The notes below the pieces were generated by a model that was not told where the DNA came from, searched no databases, and worked only from the letters and a program-made list of their open reading frames with translations. From Nitrospirota bacterium (lineage in GTDB: Bacteria > Nitrospirota > UBA9217), in the NCBI GenBank assembly GCA_963741205.1, contig CAVUHW010000020.1:64001-128000 (forward strand): DNA of 64,000 nt, in the 5' to 3' direction. The translations under genes and the position numbers were made by a program. Within the stretch, counting starts at the first letter, position 1; every line of letters starts with the position of its first letter. Of the stretch, positions 11,052 to 21,836 are shown one piece after another.

Positions 11052-11639
11052 TCATTTCCTCCCGATCGACCTCACGATATCGTGGCGGGACACGATGCCG
11101 ATGAGTTTCCCCTCGTTATCGACAACGGGCAGCCGTTTTATTCTTCGTTCGTCTAAAATCTTCGCCACGTCGCCGATTTCATCATCGGCCTTGCTGGTGA
11201 TGGGAGGAAAACTCATGACGTCCCCAACTTTGCTCCCGGATTTCCTGGCCGGCACGGGCTCCCCCAAAAGATTGCGCAAAATGTCTTTAAATGTATGTTC
11301 CCTGGCCATGCCGGCAAGGACCAGGACGTCTGCCTCGCTGATGACGCCGATGACATGGTTAGAATCGTCAACGACGGGCATGCCGCTGATCCTGTTGTCC
11401 GACAGAATCCGCGCCGCTTCGTGAAGGTCGGCGGAGCGTTTGATCGAGATGACATTCCGGGTCATCACCTCCGCTACGGGCGTGCGCGTGGTGACCCGTT
11501 CCCGCGCATGACGGAGCGCGAGTTCGTAAATTTTTTGCAGGTCTTCCTCGGTCACATCGACATAGGCGCCCATGTCCCTGAGGGCCGACCGCAGGTCTTC
11601 GGGTGACGGTGGGTTGCAGTATTCCGGCTGGTTATCCAT
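11052..11639 (-). CDS. CBS domain pair protein (HPP-associated)
   Basis: YVDVTEEDLQKIY leader; ISGMPVVD and IKRLPVVD...GIVSRHD. Confidence 0.92.
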   Translation of the reverse strand: MDNQPEYCNPPSPEDLRSALRDMGAYVDVTEEDLQKIYELALRHARERVTTRTPVAEVMTRNVISIKRSADLHEAARILSDNRISGMPVVDDSNHVIGVISEADVLVLAGMAREHTFKDILRNLLGEPVPARKSGSKVGDVMSFPPITSKADDEIGDVAKILDERRIKRLPVVDNEGKLIGIVSRHDIVRSIGRK

Positions 11640-11660
11640 AGGACCTCGCTTGGTATGCGA

Positions 11661-11703
11661 ACATTAGCAGAATCCGATATTTTTCGGTATGACGAAGATC
11701 ATA
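11661..11703 (-). promoter_or_regulatory. Class II CRP/FNR-type promoter of the CBS-HPP genes
   Basis: Palindrome TATGA-N6-TCATA (11688-11703) centred at -41.5 relative to the extended -10 TGcTAATGT (11669-11661). Confidence 0.6.
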
Positions 11704-11753
11704 AGAAGGGGCATATTCCGCGCCTCAGCCCTGGTCACGCGATTCAGTAGGCT

Positions 11754-14159
11754 TCATTCCCAGCCGTCCTGGACGATCTTCTGCGCCTTCTTGTAAGGAT
11801 ATTTTTCCACGAGCTTATTGACCGGCATCTTCTGATCGCCGTCCCGCATAGAGTGAAGGAGAACGACCGACGCCCAGTAATCGTGGTAGTATTCCGTGCC
11901 CTGGAGCTGCACGGGGACCCCTTTTTCGTTCACCCGGTGGCAGGCGCCGCAGGTCACCGGCCCCGCATAGCTCCCGTCAGGGCTGAACTGGAGGGCCTGC
12001 TCGTGGGTCGTCAGATCGACGCTCTTTTCCGGACCTTCGTACCGGACGGGATAGAGGCCATGGATGGACTCATGGCACGACTGGCAGGCAATGACGCCGT
12101 GCGCCTTGGAATAGCGGTAGAGCGAATACTTGTTCGGCTGGTCGATGGGGAAATACCCCCCTCCGGCGCTTTCGACAAAAGGCGCAAGATGGCAGTCCGC
12201 GCAGTGCGGTTCCGCCCCGGACAACCACCAGTCCTTGCCGTTCGTGGCGGCGTCATAGGGAACAGGGTCTCCTTCTTTCGCGTTCCAGGCCAGGAGCTTG
12301 AGCTTGCCCGCGCTATTTTTTGACGCCCTGACAAGCGTGGCCCCCGCGTGTTTTTCATGGAAGGAGAGCAGCGGATCTCCTTCGGCACCGACGATCGGAT
12401 CGGCAAAGTAGTTCTTGAACCTGATCGCGTCGCTTTTTGAGACCTCGGTCATGATGTCCTTGACAGGCTTGTTCCGCAGCGTCCGACCTCCCTGTTCAAC
12501 GACGTCCGTGAGGTCATCATACCGGTACAGCTCCTGGCTCAAAGCAGTGTGGCAATTGGTGCAGTAGAGGCCCCTCAGCTCCGGCACGGTCTTTCCGTTC
12601 TCGTCCTTCCTGCTCACCTCTTTTAAATACCACTTCCCGATCCCGTTCAGGAAAAAAGGCGGCTTGACCGAGGGGTTCGCATGCGCATCCCTTCGCAGAT
12701 AGCATCCTCCGCCCGCGGTTCTCACATCGGCGTTTGAAAATCGCGGGTTTCCCTCGTCGTCCACGATCTGGAACGGATTGGTCCCGCTGTTCATCGCTTC
12801 CTGCTGCCAGTGCCCCGGATGGCAGGCCTGACAGTTCTGCGTCCTCCCCGCCTTGTCCGGCATGGGGATGTACGCGGCGTGGGCCATGTGGATCGCCTCG
12901 GCGAGCGCCCTCGCCTTCACGGCACTGTATCCGGAGGCACCCGGCCTCGGAGACTGAAGGTTCCCGGAAATATTGTCCCCGTGGCAGTCCGCGCAGTACA
13001 CCGGACCGACCGAGCCGAGCCGGTTCGATGATGCATCGGGATTGTATCCCGCAAGCAGGCTCGTGCCGTGGTGCAGGTCGTGAAGTTCGAGAATGTTGAT
13101 GGCCGCCTCCGACTGCCGCGCCATGAATTCGGAGATGTCAGGATAGGTCTTTTTCCAGTAAGCGTATTCCTTGTCGAAACGGGAAAGGCCCTCGTCCCGG
13201 GACTGTCTGGCCGCTTTTCCGTTTCGGGAATGGCAGAGGTAGCAGTTCGGAAAGTCAATGGGATTGGTGCCGAAAAATTCCACGGGTTTTCCGTCCGCCG
13301 TTACTGGCCTGCCGTCTTTATCTTGAAGCCGGACCACGGAATACTGATAAGGCTGGAAGTCCTTGTTCGATATCGTGCGAAGCGTCCCCTTCCTCCTGCT
13401 GTCGTTGAAGGCCGTGAGCGGCAGCCCGAGCGCGTCCCAGAGATAGGACGCCGTAAGGGTGAGTTGGACGTTCTTGACCTCCGGGATCATTGAATCGGTG
13501 AAAACCTTGTTTCCCCCCGTCGGACCGGCATAGGAGAGCGTGCCGCCGGCAATGCTCTTTCCCGTGGGGCCCGCGTCGATGGGGACCTGTATTTCCTTTC
13601 CCACACGCAGGCGGGAGGCGGTTGACCAGTCGGCGGGGAGCGCGCCTTCGAGGTCTTTATAAATGAAAAGGTGCGTCCAGACATAATTCGCCATACTGTC
13701 TCCGGGGTCGTCCATCCTGCCGTTCCCGCGGACGTCTTTCGGCACCTGCCAGTACTTCATCTTGTTGCCTTCACTGTACGTGTTGTCCCGCACCGAGTAA
13801 GAAAGCGAGACCCCGTCCGCGGGGCTGAGCAGGCGGGGTGTTTCCCCGCCGCCCCCGGTCTTTACTGCCTGGGCCTGGATGCTGTTGTAGGGGGGGATAA
13901 CGCAGCAATAGGAGATATCGAACCCCACGCAGTGCATGCCCAGCTCATAGTTGATGAAGATCGCATAGGGGTCCTTCGGGTCGTAAAGGGTCGTGGCCTT
14001 TCCCGTTCCGTCTGTGATGGTGACCGGTTTAGACAAGCCCTGTTTGAATCTGGGCTCAGCGTCGAGGTAAGACCGTGACGCCGCGAAAACCGCGGCGCCG
14101 CACCCTGCGAGGGACGCCGTCAGAATAAAACCGACGAGGGCGTGGTGGAGACGCTTCAT
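11754..14159 (-). CDS. Large multiheme c-type cytochrome (7 CxxCH), exported, possibly a lipoprotein
   Basis: CYLCH, CADCH, CQACH, CTNCH, CADCH, CQSCH, CGACH; N-terminal signal with LAGC; ELGMHC...CCVIPPYN block. Confidence 0.9.
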   Translation of the reverse strand: MKRLHHALVGFILTASLAGCGAAVFAASRSYLDAEPRFKQGLSKPVTITDGTGKATTLYDPKDPYAIFINYELGMHCVGFDISYCCVIPPYNSIQAQAVKTGGGGETPRLLSPADGVSLSYSVRDNTYSEGNKMKYWQVPKDVRGNGRMDDPGDSMANYVWTHLFIYKDLEGALPADWSTASRLRVGKEIQVPIDAGPTGKSIAGGTLSYAGPTGGNKVFTDSMIPEVKNVQLTLTASYLWDALGLPLTAFNDSRRKGTLRTISNKDFQPYQYSVVRLQDKDGRPVTADGKPVEFFGTNPIDFPNCYLCHSRNGKAARQSRDEGLSRFDKEYAYWKKTYPDISEFMARQSEAAINILELHDLHHGTSLLAGYNPDASSNRLGSVGPVYCADCHGDNISGNLQSPRPGASGYSAVKARALAEAIHMAHAAYIPMPDKAGRTQNCQACHPGHWQQEAMNSGTNPFQIVDDEGNPRFSNADVRTAGGGCYLRRDAHANPSVKPPFFLNGIGKWYLKEVSRKDENGKTVPELRGLYCTNCHTALSQELYRYDDLTDVVEQGGRTLRNKPVKDIMTEVSKSDAIRFKNYFADPIVGAEGDPLLSFHEKHAGATLVRASKNSAGKLKLLAWNAKEGDPVPYDAATNGKDWWLSGAEPHCADCHLAPFVESAGGGYFPIDQPNKYSLYRYSKAHGVIACQSCHESIHGLYPVRYEGPEKSVDLTTHEQALQFSPDGSYAGPVTCGACHRVNEKGVPVQLQGTEYYHDYWASVVLLHSMRDGDQKMPVNKLVEKYPYKKAQKIVQDGWE

Positions 14160-14197
14160 GTTGCTGCCTCCTTGTTCCGGCAAAAAGGATATTCTCT

Positions 14198-14386
14198 TCA
14201 GGACTCGCTCCAGCTTATCGCCTGCACGGGGCAGGTGTCGATAGCCTCCTGGCAATTGCAGGAATCGCATTGATCGGGGCCGGTGACATTCGATTTTTCG
14301 TCGATGAGCGTGAACACCCGGGGGCAGACTTCAGAACAATGACCGCAGCCGATGCAGAGGTCTTCGTCTACGACGGGTTTTCGCAT
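14198..14386 (-). CDS. Monocluster ferredoxin
   Basis: CIGCGHCSEVCP...AIDTCPVQAI. Confidence 0.92.
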   Translation of the reverse strand: MRKPVVDEDLCIGCGHCSEVCPRVFTLIDEKSNVTGPDQCDSCNCQEAIDTCPVQAISWSES

Positions 14387-14418
14387 TATCACCTCAATTG
14401 ATATGCTGAAGTTCGTGT

Positions 14419-14577
14419 TTATACTTTTTCGAACACGTCCTTCGTCATCCCGCAGACCGGACAGGCCCAGGTGTCCGGTATTTTTTCGAACGGCGTACCC
14501 GCTGCAATGCCGCCGTCGGGGTCGCCTATTGCGGGATCATACACCCAGCCGCACACCGTGCATTTCCACTTGTCCAT
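14419..14577 (-). CDS. Rubredoxin (52 aa; absent from the ORF track)
   Basis: Manual translation [52 protein letters not shown]; AGGAGG RBS. Confidence 0.96.
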   Translation of the reverse strand: MDKWKCTVCGWVYDPAIGDPDGGIAAGTPFEKIPDTWACPVCGMTKDVFEKV

Positions 14578-14666
14578 TCACACCCTCCTGAAGAGCAGAT
14601 TTACCATAGAAATATAGCATAGCACAGATTTCAGCGACAATGAATAAAGAGGTCACCCGGAACGGG

Positions 14667-15789
14667 TTATCCCAGCCGCTTTCTGAACCTGAGCGCGCTT
14701 AAGCTGATCACCACAATGCCGATTGCCAGAAGCGGGGCCATCTGCGGCCACAAAACCTCGAACCCGTTCCCCTTCAGGAACACCCCCTGATAACGATGAG
14801 AAAGTACCGAAGCGGGATTCCGATAGGTCACATACTGGAAAAAGACGGGCATATTCTCTATCGGGAAACATGAAGCCCGACAGCAGGATGGCAGGCATGT
14901 TGAAGAACATCGCGGCCATCAGCGCCTGCTGCTGTGTCTTTGCGATCGTAGAGATAAAAGGCCCGTTCCCAGAACGGACAAGAGGTAGATGGCCGTGCTC
15001 GCGAGAAGAAGCGACGAGCGAGCCGTGTATCGGGATATTGAACCAGAAGACGCCGAAAGCCGTAATGAGCAGCATGTCGAAGAAGCTGATCACGGCAAAA
15101 GGAATGGTCTTGCCGAGCATGAGTTCGATCGGTTTGATCGGCGTGACCATGAGCTGCTCCATGGTGCCCGCCTCCCGCTCGCGCACCACCGCCATGGATG
15201 TAAGCATGAGCGATATGAGCATGATCATCGTGGCGATAACCCCCGGCACAAGTAGATTCTTGCTCTTCAGCTCCGGATTGTACCATGCGCGCTTCCGGAC
15301 ATCGACCCCCGCCCGGGCGGTTTTAATCAGAGGGCCGGCCAGGTCCTGCGCAGTACTTCGCGACGACCCGGTTCGTATAATTGAGCGCAATGAGTCGCCG
15401 TATTGGAGTAGGTGCCGTCAACGATCACCTGGACCTCGGCAGGGCCCCCCTTTTTCAGGTCCTTCTGGAAACCCCGGTTGACCTGTATCGCGCACAGGAC
15501 CTCTCCCGGTCCATGAGTTCCCGGATTCCTCCCGCCGAAGCCGGCCTCTGCGTGATCGTAAAATATCCCGATGCCTCCAGCCTCCGCGCCAGTTCCCTGC
15601 TCTCCAAAGATTTGTCATAGTCAAGATAGGCGGTGTGGATGTTATTGACGTCAAGTGAAACAACATAGCCAAACATGAGGAGCTGAACGAGCGGAGGGAC
15701 AAGAGAAAGAATCTCATTCTCTTGTCCCTGGAGACCTGGATGAATTCCTTGATGACGATCTGCTTTATTCGTTCAAGGCTTCTTTTCAT
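14667..15789 (-). CDS. ABC-2 exporter permease, YbhR-like (split by indels)
   Basis: AWYNPELKS...VVREREAGTMEQLMVTPIKPIELMLGK. Confidence 0.88.
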
Positions 15790-15829
15790 ACGATTCTACT
15801 CCGTACTCACGTTGCGCTCCGCACTGCCT

Positions 15830-16939
15830 TCATACCACCTTCTTTTTGAACTTCTTATTTGCAATCGCGAAAACGACAGCCCGTAGACTGTCAGGAGCGC
15901 CGCATCTCGGCAAGGAGCCTCAGAGGATTGCCTTTCAGGAATATATCATTCAATATGGTGACGAAATACCGTGCAGGGACCAGCGTAGGTGACGACTTGA
16001 AGAGGCCTTGGGCATGTTCGCGATGAGGAACATGAACCCGGAGAGCAGGAATGCGGGAAGAAAGGTGCTCACGATCGCCATCTGGCTGGCCAGGAGCTGG
16101 GTCCGCGCACAATGGATATGAGGATGCCCCAACTGAGCCCCCCGAACAGAAAAACACCGGACAGGGTCAGAAGCAGAACACACTTCCGCGGAGCGGGACG
16201 CCGAAGACGAAGGTGCCCATCAGAATAGACACTATGGTATCGATAAAGCCGATTGCAAAATAGGGTATCATCTTGCCGATGATCAATTCGGGCGTCTTGA
16301 TCGGAGTGGAGATCAGCTGTTCCATCGTGCCCCGGTCCCACTCCTTCGCGATCGTAAGTGAGGTAAGAAGCGCGACAATGACGGACAGGATCAGCGCAAT
16401 GAGTCCGGGGACGATGAAGTTCCTCGATTTGAGTTCCGGGTTGAACCAGACCCTGGGTCGGGCTCGATCAGCGGCCGAGATGCGGGACCCGGTCATCCTT
16501 TGGGAAAACTGTTCGGATATCCGCGCCGATGTATCCCTGGGCGATGGTCGCCGTGTTCGAATCGCTGCCGTCGACGACTACGCCGATGCTCGCGGTCCTT
16601 GCGCTCCGCATTTTTTTTGAAAAATCGGACGGGATCATCACTGCGATCCGCGCCTTGCCCGAATCAAGATAACCATCGATGTCCCCATACCGGTCCGTAT
16701 AGGCAATAATGGAAAAATAGCCGGACGACGTGAGTTCCGCCGTGAATTCCCTGCTGAAGCTGCTCTTGTCCATATCGACTACGACGGTGGCGATGTCATC
16801 GATATCGAAGGTAATGGCATACCCGAAGATGACGAGCAGAATCACCGGCATGAGAAATGCCATGGCAAGGCTCAGGGGGTCCCGTCAGGATCTGAAGGCT
16901 TCTTTTTTAGCGATGGCTTTGATGCGGAGTAAGTTTCAT
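15830..16939 (-). CDS. ABC-2 exporter permease, YbhS-like (split by indels)
   Basis: IFGYAITFDI, VDGSDSNTA, VWFNPELKSRNFIVPG, EWDRGTMEQL. Confidence 0.88.
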
Positions 16940-16988
16940 AAAGACCGGTCGTCAGTCAGGATTCAGCCGTACAGTCGATAGTCATAAG

Positions 16989-17981
16989 TCAGATGATTTG
17001 ACCGCCGACTGATCTGACTGCCGTACTCTTGACCTTCATGACTGCTTCTATCAGCGTCACGAAAACATCTTCCAGCGACGGCACGATTTTGTCGATCCTG
17101 CTCAGCAGTGATGTTCGCACTCGCCGAGTATCCTCTTGATGAGCGGTATGGCCGTTTCGCCATCCTCCACCGTCGCATGGAGCAGGCTGCCGAAGACGGC
17201 GGTCTCGATCCCCTGCTTGGCCAGCGCCTCCATGGCGCTGACCAGCGGCTCGGCCTCTATTTCAAGAACATCGCGGGTCATGAAGTCCCTTCCGCAGCTC
17301 GTTCGGCGTACCTTCGGCGATGATCTTTCCCCGGTAGATGAGCGCCAGCCGGTCGCAGTAGTCCGCCTCATCCATGTAGTGGGTCGTAACAAAAACCGTC
17401 GGTCCCTGTCTTTGCCATTTCATAAATCAAGTGTCCAGAAGTTCCGGCGCGAGACAGGGTCAACCCCCGATGTGGGTTCGTCGAAAAACAGGATCGGCGG
17501 TTCATGCAAGATGGCACAGCCAAGGGCCAGCCGCTGCTTATAACCGCCTGGGAGGGTCTTGGTGAGCGCGCCCCTCTTGTCCTTAAGTCCCGCCATCTCC
17601 AGCGCCCAATCCTTGCGTGCATTTCTTCTTTGATCCCGTAACGCCGTAGATGCCGCTGAAAAAATTGATGTTCTCCTCGACAGTGAGGTCGTCATAGAGC
17701 GAAAATTTCTGCGACATGTAGCCGATGTTCTGTTTTATCTCTTCGGACTGGGTGATGATATCGTAGCCGCCGACGGTCCCGCTCCCGCCCGAAGGCAGGA
17801 GCAGGCCGCAGAGCATGCGGATCGTCGTGGATTTGCCGGCACCGTTCGGGCCGAGAAAACCAAAGATGGTCGCCTTGTGCGACTTCGAGATTGATATGGT
17901 CGACGGCAGTGAAGTCCCCGAAGATGCGGGTCAGACCCGTCTACTTTCGACTGCAATGTTTTTATTCGTTATGGATTCCAT
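16989..17981 (-). CDS. ABC transporter ATP-binding protein (split by indels)
   Basis: [43 protein letters not shown]. Confidence 0.88.
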
Positions 17982-17991
17982 CGGTTTTTGA

Positions 17992-18047
17992 GTAGCCGCA
18001 AGCTTTAGCTTGCGTTTTAATGAACGCACCCTGAAGGGCGCGGCTAC
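17992..18047. repeat. GTAG-type REP-like palindromic element
   Basis: GTAGCCGCAAGCTTTAGCTTGCG...CGCACCCTGAAGGGCGCGGCTAC, a paired inverted structure. Confidence 0.7.
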
Positions 18048-18085
18048 CAGGCAAACATCTTATTCCTAGTCGGTGGCTATAAGCA

Positions 18086-19007
18086 TCACTTCTCCACCAT
18101 CGAAATGAACACATCCTCCAGCGATGGAAGAATTTCCCGAGAATCCTTTACCCCGACACCTTTTTGCTTGAGCCGGTCGATGATCTCCGGCGCCGTCCGT
18201 TTTTTCTCAAGGGTAATATGCAGTCGGTCCCCGTAAAGACTCACACTGCGGACGCCGTCCATCCTTCTCACGGGCTCAATTGCCGCGCGCGCGTTATCGG
18301 ACCACACCTCGAACATCGGCAGTTCGAGAGAATTCCTGACGTTCTTCGGTTCGTCCTCGATCAGGATCCTGCCCTTGTGCATCAGCCCGATCCGCGTGCA
18401 CCGCTCGGCCTCGTCGAGATAAGCCGTGGAAACAAAGATCGTCACGCCTTCCTTCAGCAGATCGTAAAGGATCTTCCAGAAGTCCCTGCGCGAAACCGGG
18501 TCTACGCCGTTCGTGGGCTCGTCGAGGAAGAGGACCTCCGGCGTGTGAACCAGTGCGCAGGCAAGCCCGAGCTTCTGTTTCATGCCGCCGGAGAGGTTTC
18601 CGGCAAGCCGGTCCTTGAAGGGCGTGAGATTGCTGAAACCCGAGCAGGCGCTCGATCCTCGCGGGCCGCTCCCTCTCCGGAACTTCGTAGAGGTCGGCGT
18701 AAAACAGGATGTTCTCCATCACCGTCAGGTCCTCGTAGAGGCCGAACCGCTGTGACATGTAGCCGATCTTTTCCTTGACCCGCTCTCCTTCGGTCAGGAC
18801 GGAATGGCCCGCGACCCAGCGCATCTCCCGAGGTAGGGTCCATGATCGCGGTAAGGAGCCGCATGGTGGTGGTCTTGCCCGCACCATCCGGTCCGACGAG
18901 GCCGTATAACTCGCCTTTGCGGATATCGAGGTTGAGCGCATTAACGGCGATATTGTCGCCGAAGGACTTGGTGAGGTTGGTGGTTTTGATTGCTCGTATG
19001 CTGTCAT
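18086..19007 (-). CDS. ABC transporter ATP-binding protein (split by indels)
   Basis: GPDGAGKTTT, IGYMSQRFGLY, LSGGMKQKLGL, DEPTNGVDP. Confidence 0.88.
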
Positions 19008-19026
19008 CGATTTCTGACTCCTGAAC

Positions 19027-19854
19027 TCATTTAAGAGTATCTTCACATCCGCCGGCATGCCTGGTTTAAGTTCGTCCTTTTCATTCTTCACGCTGACCTT
19101 GATCCCGAATACGAGTTTCACGCGCTCTTCCCTGGTCTGTACGTTTTTGGGGGTGAATTCCGCCTCCGATGAGATGAACGTGATCGTGCCCTCGTATTTT
19201 TTGTCAGGAAATGTATCAACGCTCACTTCCGCCTTCTGGCCCAGCTTTACGAGGCCCAGCTTATCTTCCTTGACGTACACTTTGATCCACGGATTGTCCA
19301 GGTCGCCGATAGTAAACACAGGCTCGCCCGCCGCCACAGTCTCGCCCTCTTCCGCGTTTTTCCTGAGCACGACGCCGGAAAGAGGGGAGAAGAGCACCGC
19401 GTCCCCCAGTCTCACGTCCGCAGTCCTGAGCGCGGCATGGGAGAGTTCGAGTTGAGATGTCGCCGCGTCGTAGGCCGTCTTTGCGGCGTCCATTTGCATG
19501 GGGGATACGACGCCGTCGTGAAACAGCTTCGCAAAACGCTCGTAGTCTTTTTTCGCCTTATCGAACTGGGCTTCGGCATTCCGGACGGCCGCCCTGCCCT
19601 GGTTGACCAGGCTTTCCAACTCCGCGCTGTCGAGCGAAGCGAGCTTTTCCCCTTCCCTCACGGTCCTTCCTTCATCCGTATAAAGCGATGACACCCTACC
19701 CGGCGCCTTGAACCCGACGTTCACCTCCGTCACTTCCACGTTGCCCGATACGACCAGTCCGCCCTCGTCCCGCGAATTGCCGTAACTGGTAAAATACCAT
19801 GACCGCAGCAGCGAGGGCCAGAATAACGGCTCCTATGGCCAGTCTCTTTTTCAT
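19027..19854 (-). CDS. HlyD/YbhG-like efflux membrane fusion protein
   Basis: SGNVEVTEVNVGFK, ISSEAEFTPKNVQTREER, LKPGMPADV. Confidence 0.9.
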
Positions 19855-19943
19855 TCACCATCTCCCTGTATTTCAATGCTCGCTTACATTATAGTTGAAT
19901 TCGATTGACACGTCAAAAAGTATGAGACTATAATGGCCTTGCC

Positions 19944-20474
19944 ATGCGACTCCGGAAGGCCTTCACGGCAATCGTTCTCGTTATCACCCTCTCACTGTCC
20001 TTTAGCCTTGATCCTTCAAACGCCGCGGAGAAGCTGTCCCAGGCCCGCGTAATCGCGGTCAATGATGGTGATACCGTAACGATCCTCATGAACGGCAAGA
20101 AATATCGGACGCGCCTCATCGGCATGGACGCGCCGGAGATGGGACAGGAGCCGTGGGGCAAACGGGCGCAGGAACACTTAAGGAAATTGTTGAAAGAGGT
20201 GAAATGGCGGGTGTCCGTGGAGACGGACGTAGGACAATACGACAAATATAACCGGCTCCTTGTCTACCTCTGGACGCCGGAGGGTGAAATGCTGAACGAG
20301 CGGATGATCAAGGACGGATACGCCGTGCTCTTCACCATTCAGCCGAACAGTAAATATGTAGATCGATTCAGGAAGGCACAGCGCGCGGCCCGGGACGAAA
20401 AGCGAGGAATTTGGGGACCAGATGGCTTGAAAGAAAGGCCTCTTGATTACAAGAAAAAGCATCCGCGGCAGTAG
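19944..20474 (+). CDS. Thermonuclease (SNase) family protein, secreted
   Basis: Signal peptide; VNDGDT, RLIGMDAPE, YDKYNRLLVY, RGIW. Confidence 0.93.
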   Translation: MRLRKAFTAIVLVITLSLSFSLDPSNAAEKLSQARVIAVNDGDTVTILMNGKKYRTRLIGMDAPEMGQEPWGKRAQEHLRKLLKEVKWRVSVETDVGQYDKYNRLLVYLWTPEGEMLNERMIKDGYAVLFTIQPNSKYVDRFRKAQRAARDEKRGIWGPDGLKERPLDYKKKHPRQ

Positions 20475-20529
20475 CGCTGCATAGATTTATTTATCATTCC
20501 CCCCGGGTTTAATCATTCCGGTGCAGGCT

Positions 20530-21547
20530 TTAGGGGGAATCCCAGACGCCGTCAATCACCGCTCCACACTTGCGGCATTTCCCGTTTTTGACGGCATTCA
20601 TCTTGATGCTGAACCCTATCCGCTCGACCAGGACCTCCTTGCAGCTCCAGCACACCGTGTCTTCCCCCGTTCCCGGGACATTGCCTTCATACACATACCG
20701 GAGCCCCGCATCGAGGCCGATTTTGCCGCGCCCGCGCGAGCGTCTCCACCGGCGTGCGCGGCTGGTCCGTCAACTGATATGTGGGGTGGAACCTTGACAC
20801 GTGCCAGGGGATATCCTCGCCTACGGATTTGATGAAGCGGGCGATACCGTCAAGCTCCTCGTCGGAGTCGTTGTGTCCGGGGATGATGAGCGTTGTGATC
20901 TCGATCCAGATGCCGAGTTTTTTGTAGAGACTGATCGCGTCGAGTACGGGCTGGAGCCTCGCTCCGCAGACCTCCCGGTAAAAATCGTCTCGAAACCCCT
21001 TTAAGTCGATGTTCGCGGCGTGGAGGTAAGGCCGAATAACCTCCAGCGCCTCGGGCGTTATGTAACCGTTCGTCACAAAGACGTTCTTGAGTCCCGCTGC
21101 CGTCGCCAGGCGCGCCGTATCGTAGGCGAGTTCGAAATATATGGTCGGTTCGGTGTAGGTGTAGGATATGCTGGAGCAGCCCAGCCTCCGCGCGGCTTCA
21201 ACGAGAACGACGGGAGAAACGTCTTCTCCCAGGATCATGCCTCCCCGGTCGTGGGGAAGCTGTGAGATGTCGGAGTTCTGGCAGTGCTTGCAGCGGAAGT
21301 TGCAGCCAGGCGTTGCGATGGAAAAGGAACGGCTGCCCGGATGAAAATGAAAGAGAGGTTTTTTCTCGATGGGGTCTATATTACGCGCAATAACCTTATC
21401 GAACACGAGGCTATAGAGGACGCCGTCACGGTTCTCGCGGACCGCGCAGATGCCGCGCTTGCCAGGCAGGATGAGACAACGGTGGCAGCAGAGACTGCAC
21501 TGGACCTTCTTCCCTTCTCTCGCTTCCTGAAACATCGCGGTTTTCAC
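20530..21547 (-). CDS. amrS: AmmeMemoRadiSam system radical SAM enzyme
   Basis: CSLCCHRC, DPIEKKPLFHF, GCNFRCKHCQN, YTYTEPT; C-terminal Cys motifs after an indel. Confidence 0.9.
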
Positions 21548-21836
21548 GGCAGGTACCTCAGGTGAAATATTTTTTTCTGCAGCGCAGTTTTTAAATTCTC
21601 AATATACAATTTTCAATCTGCGATTTCCAATTCCGGCTTATTCGGATTTCTCCGCTACGGATCAAATTCGTCTCAAAATAAAAGGGTAATTTCGGGAAAA
21701 GTCGCTAAGCTCGCGACGAAAAGCCAAACCATTTGGGTTTAATACCAAGACTTAAAGATTTCCTTTGCGCCCTTTGCAACTTTGCGTGAGACGCCTTTTG
21801 GTCCCGGCTTATCCGGGCTACGGGGCATCCGGGCGG

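Noticed and set aside
18294-19739. HlyD-ABC ATPase fusion ORF
   Set aside because: The read-through passes through out-of-frame sequence and is explained by indels in two ordinary adjacent genes.
19944-20474. Nuclease as part of an anti-phage system
   Set aside because: A stand-alone secreted SNase with a signal peptide and no defence-associated neighbours.
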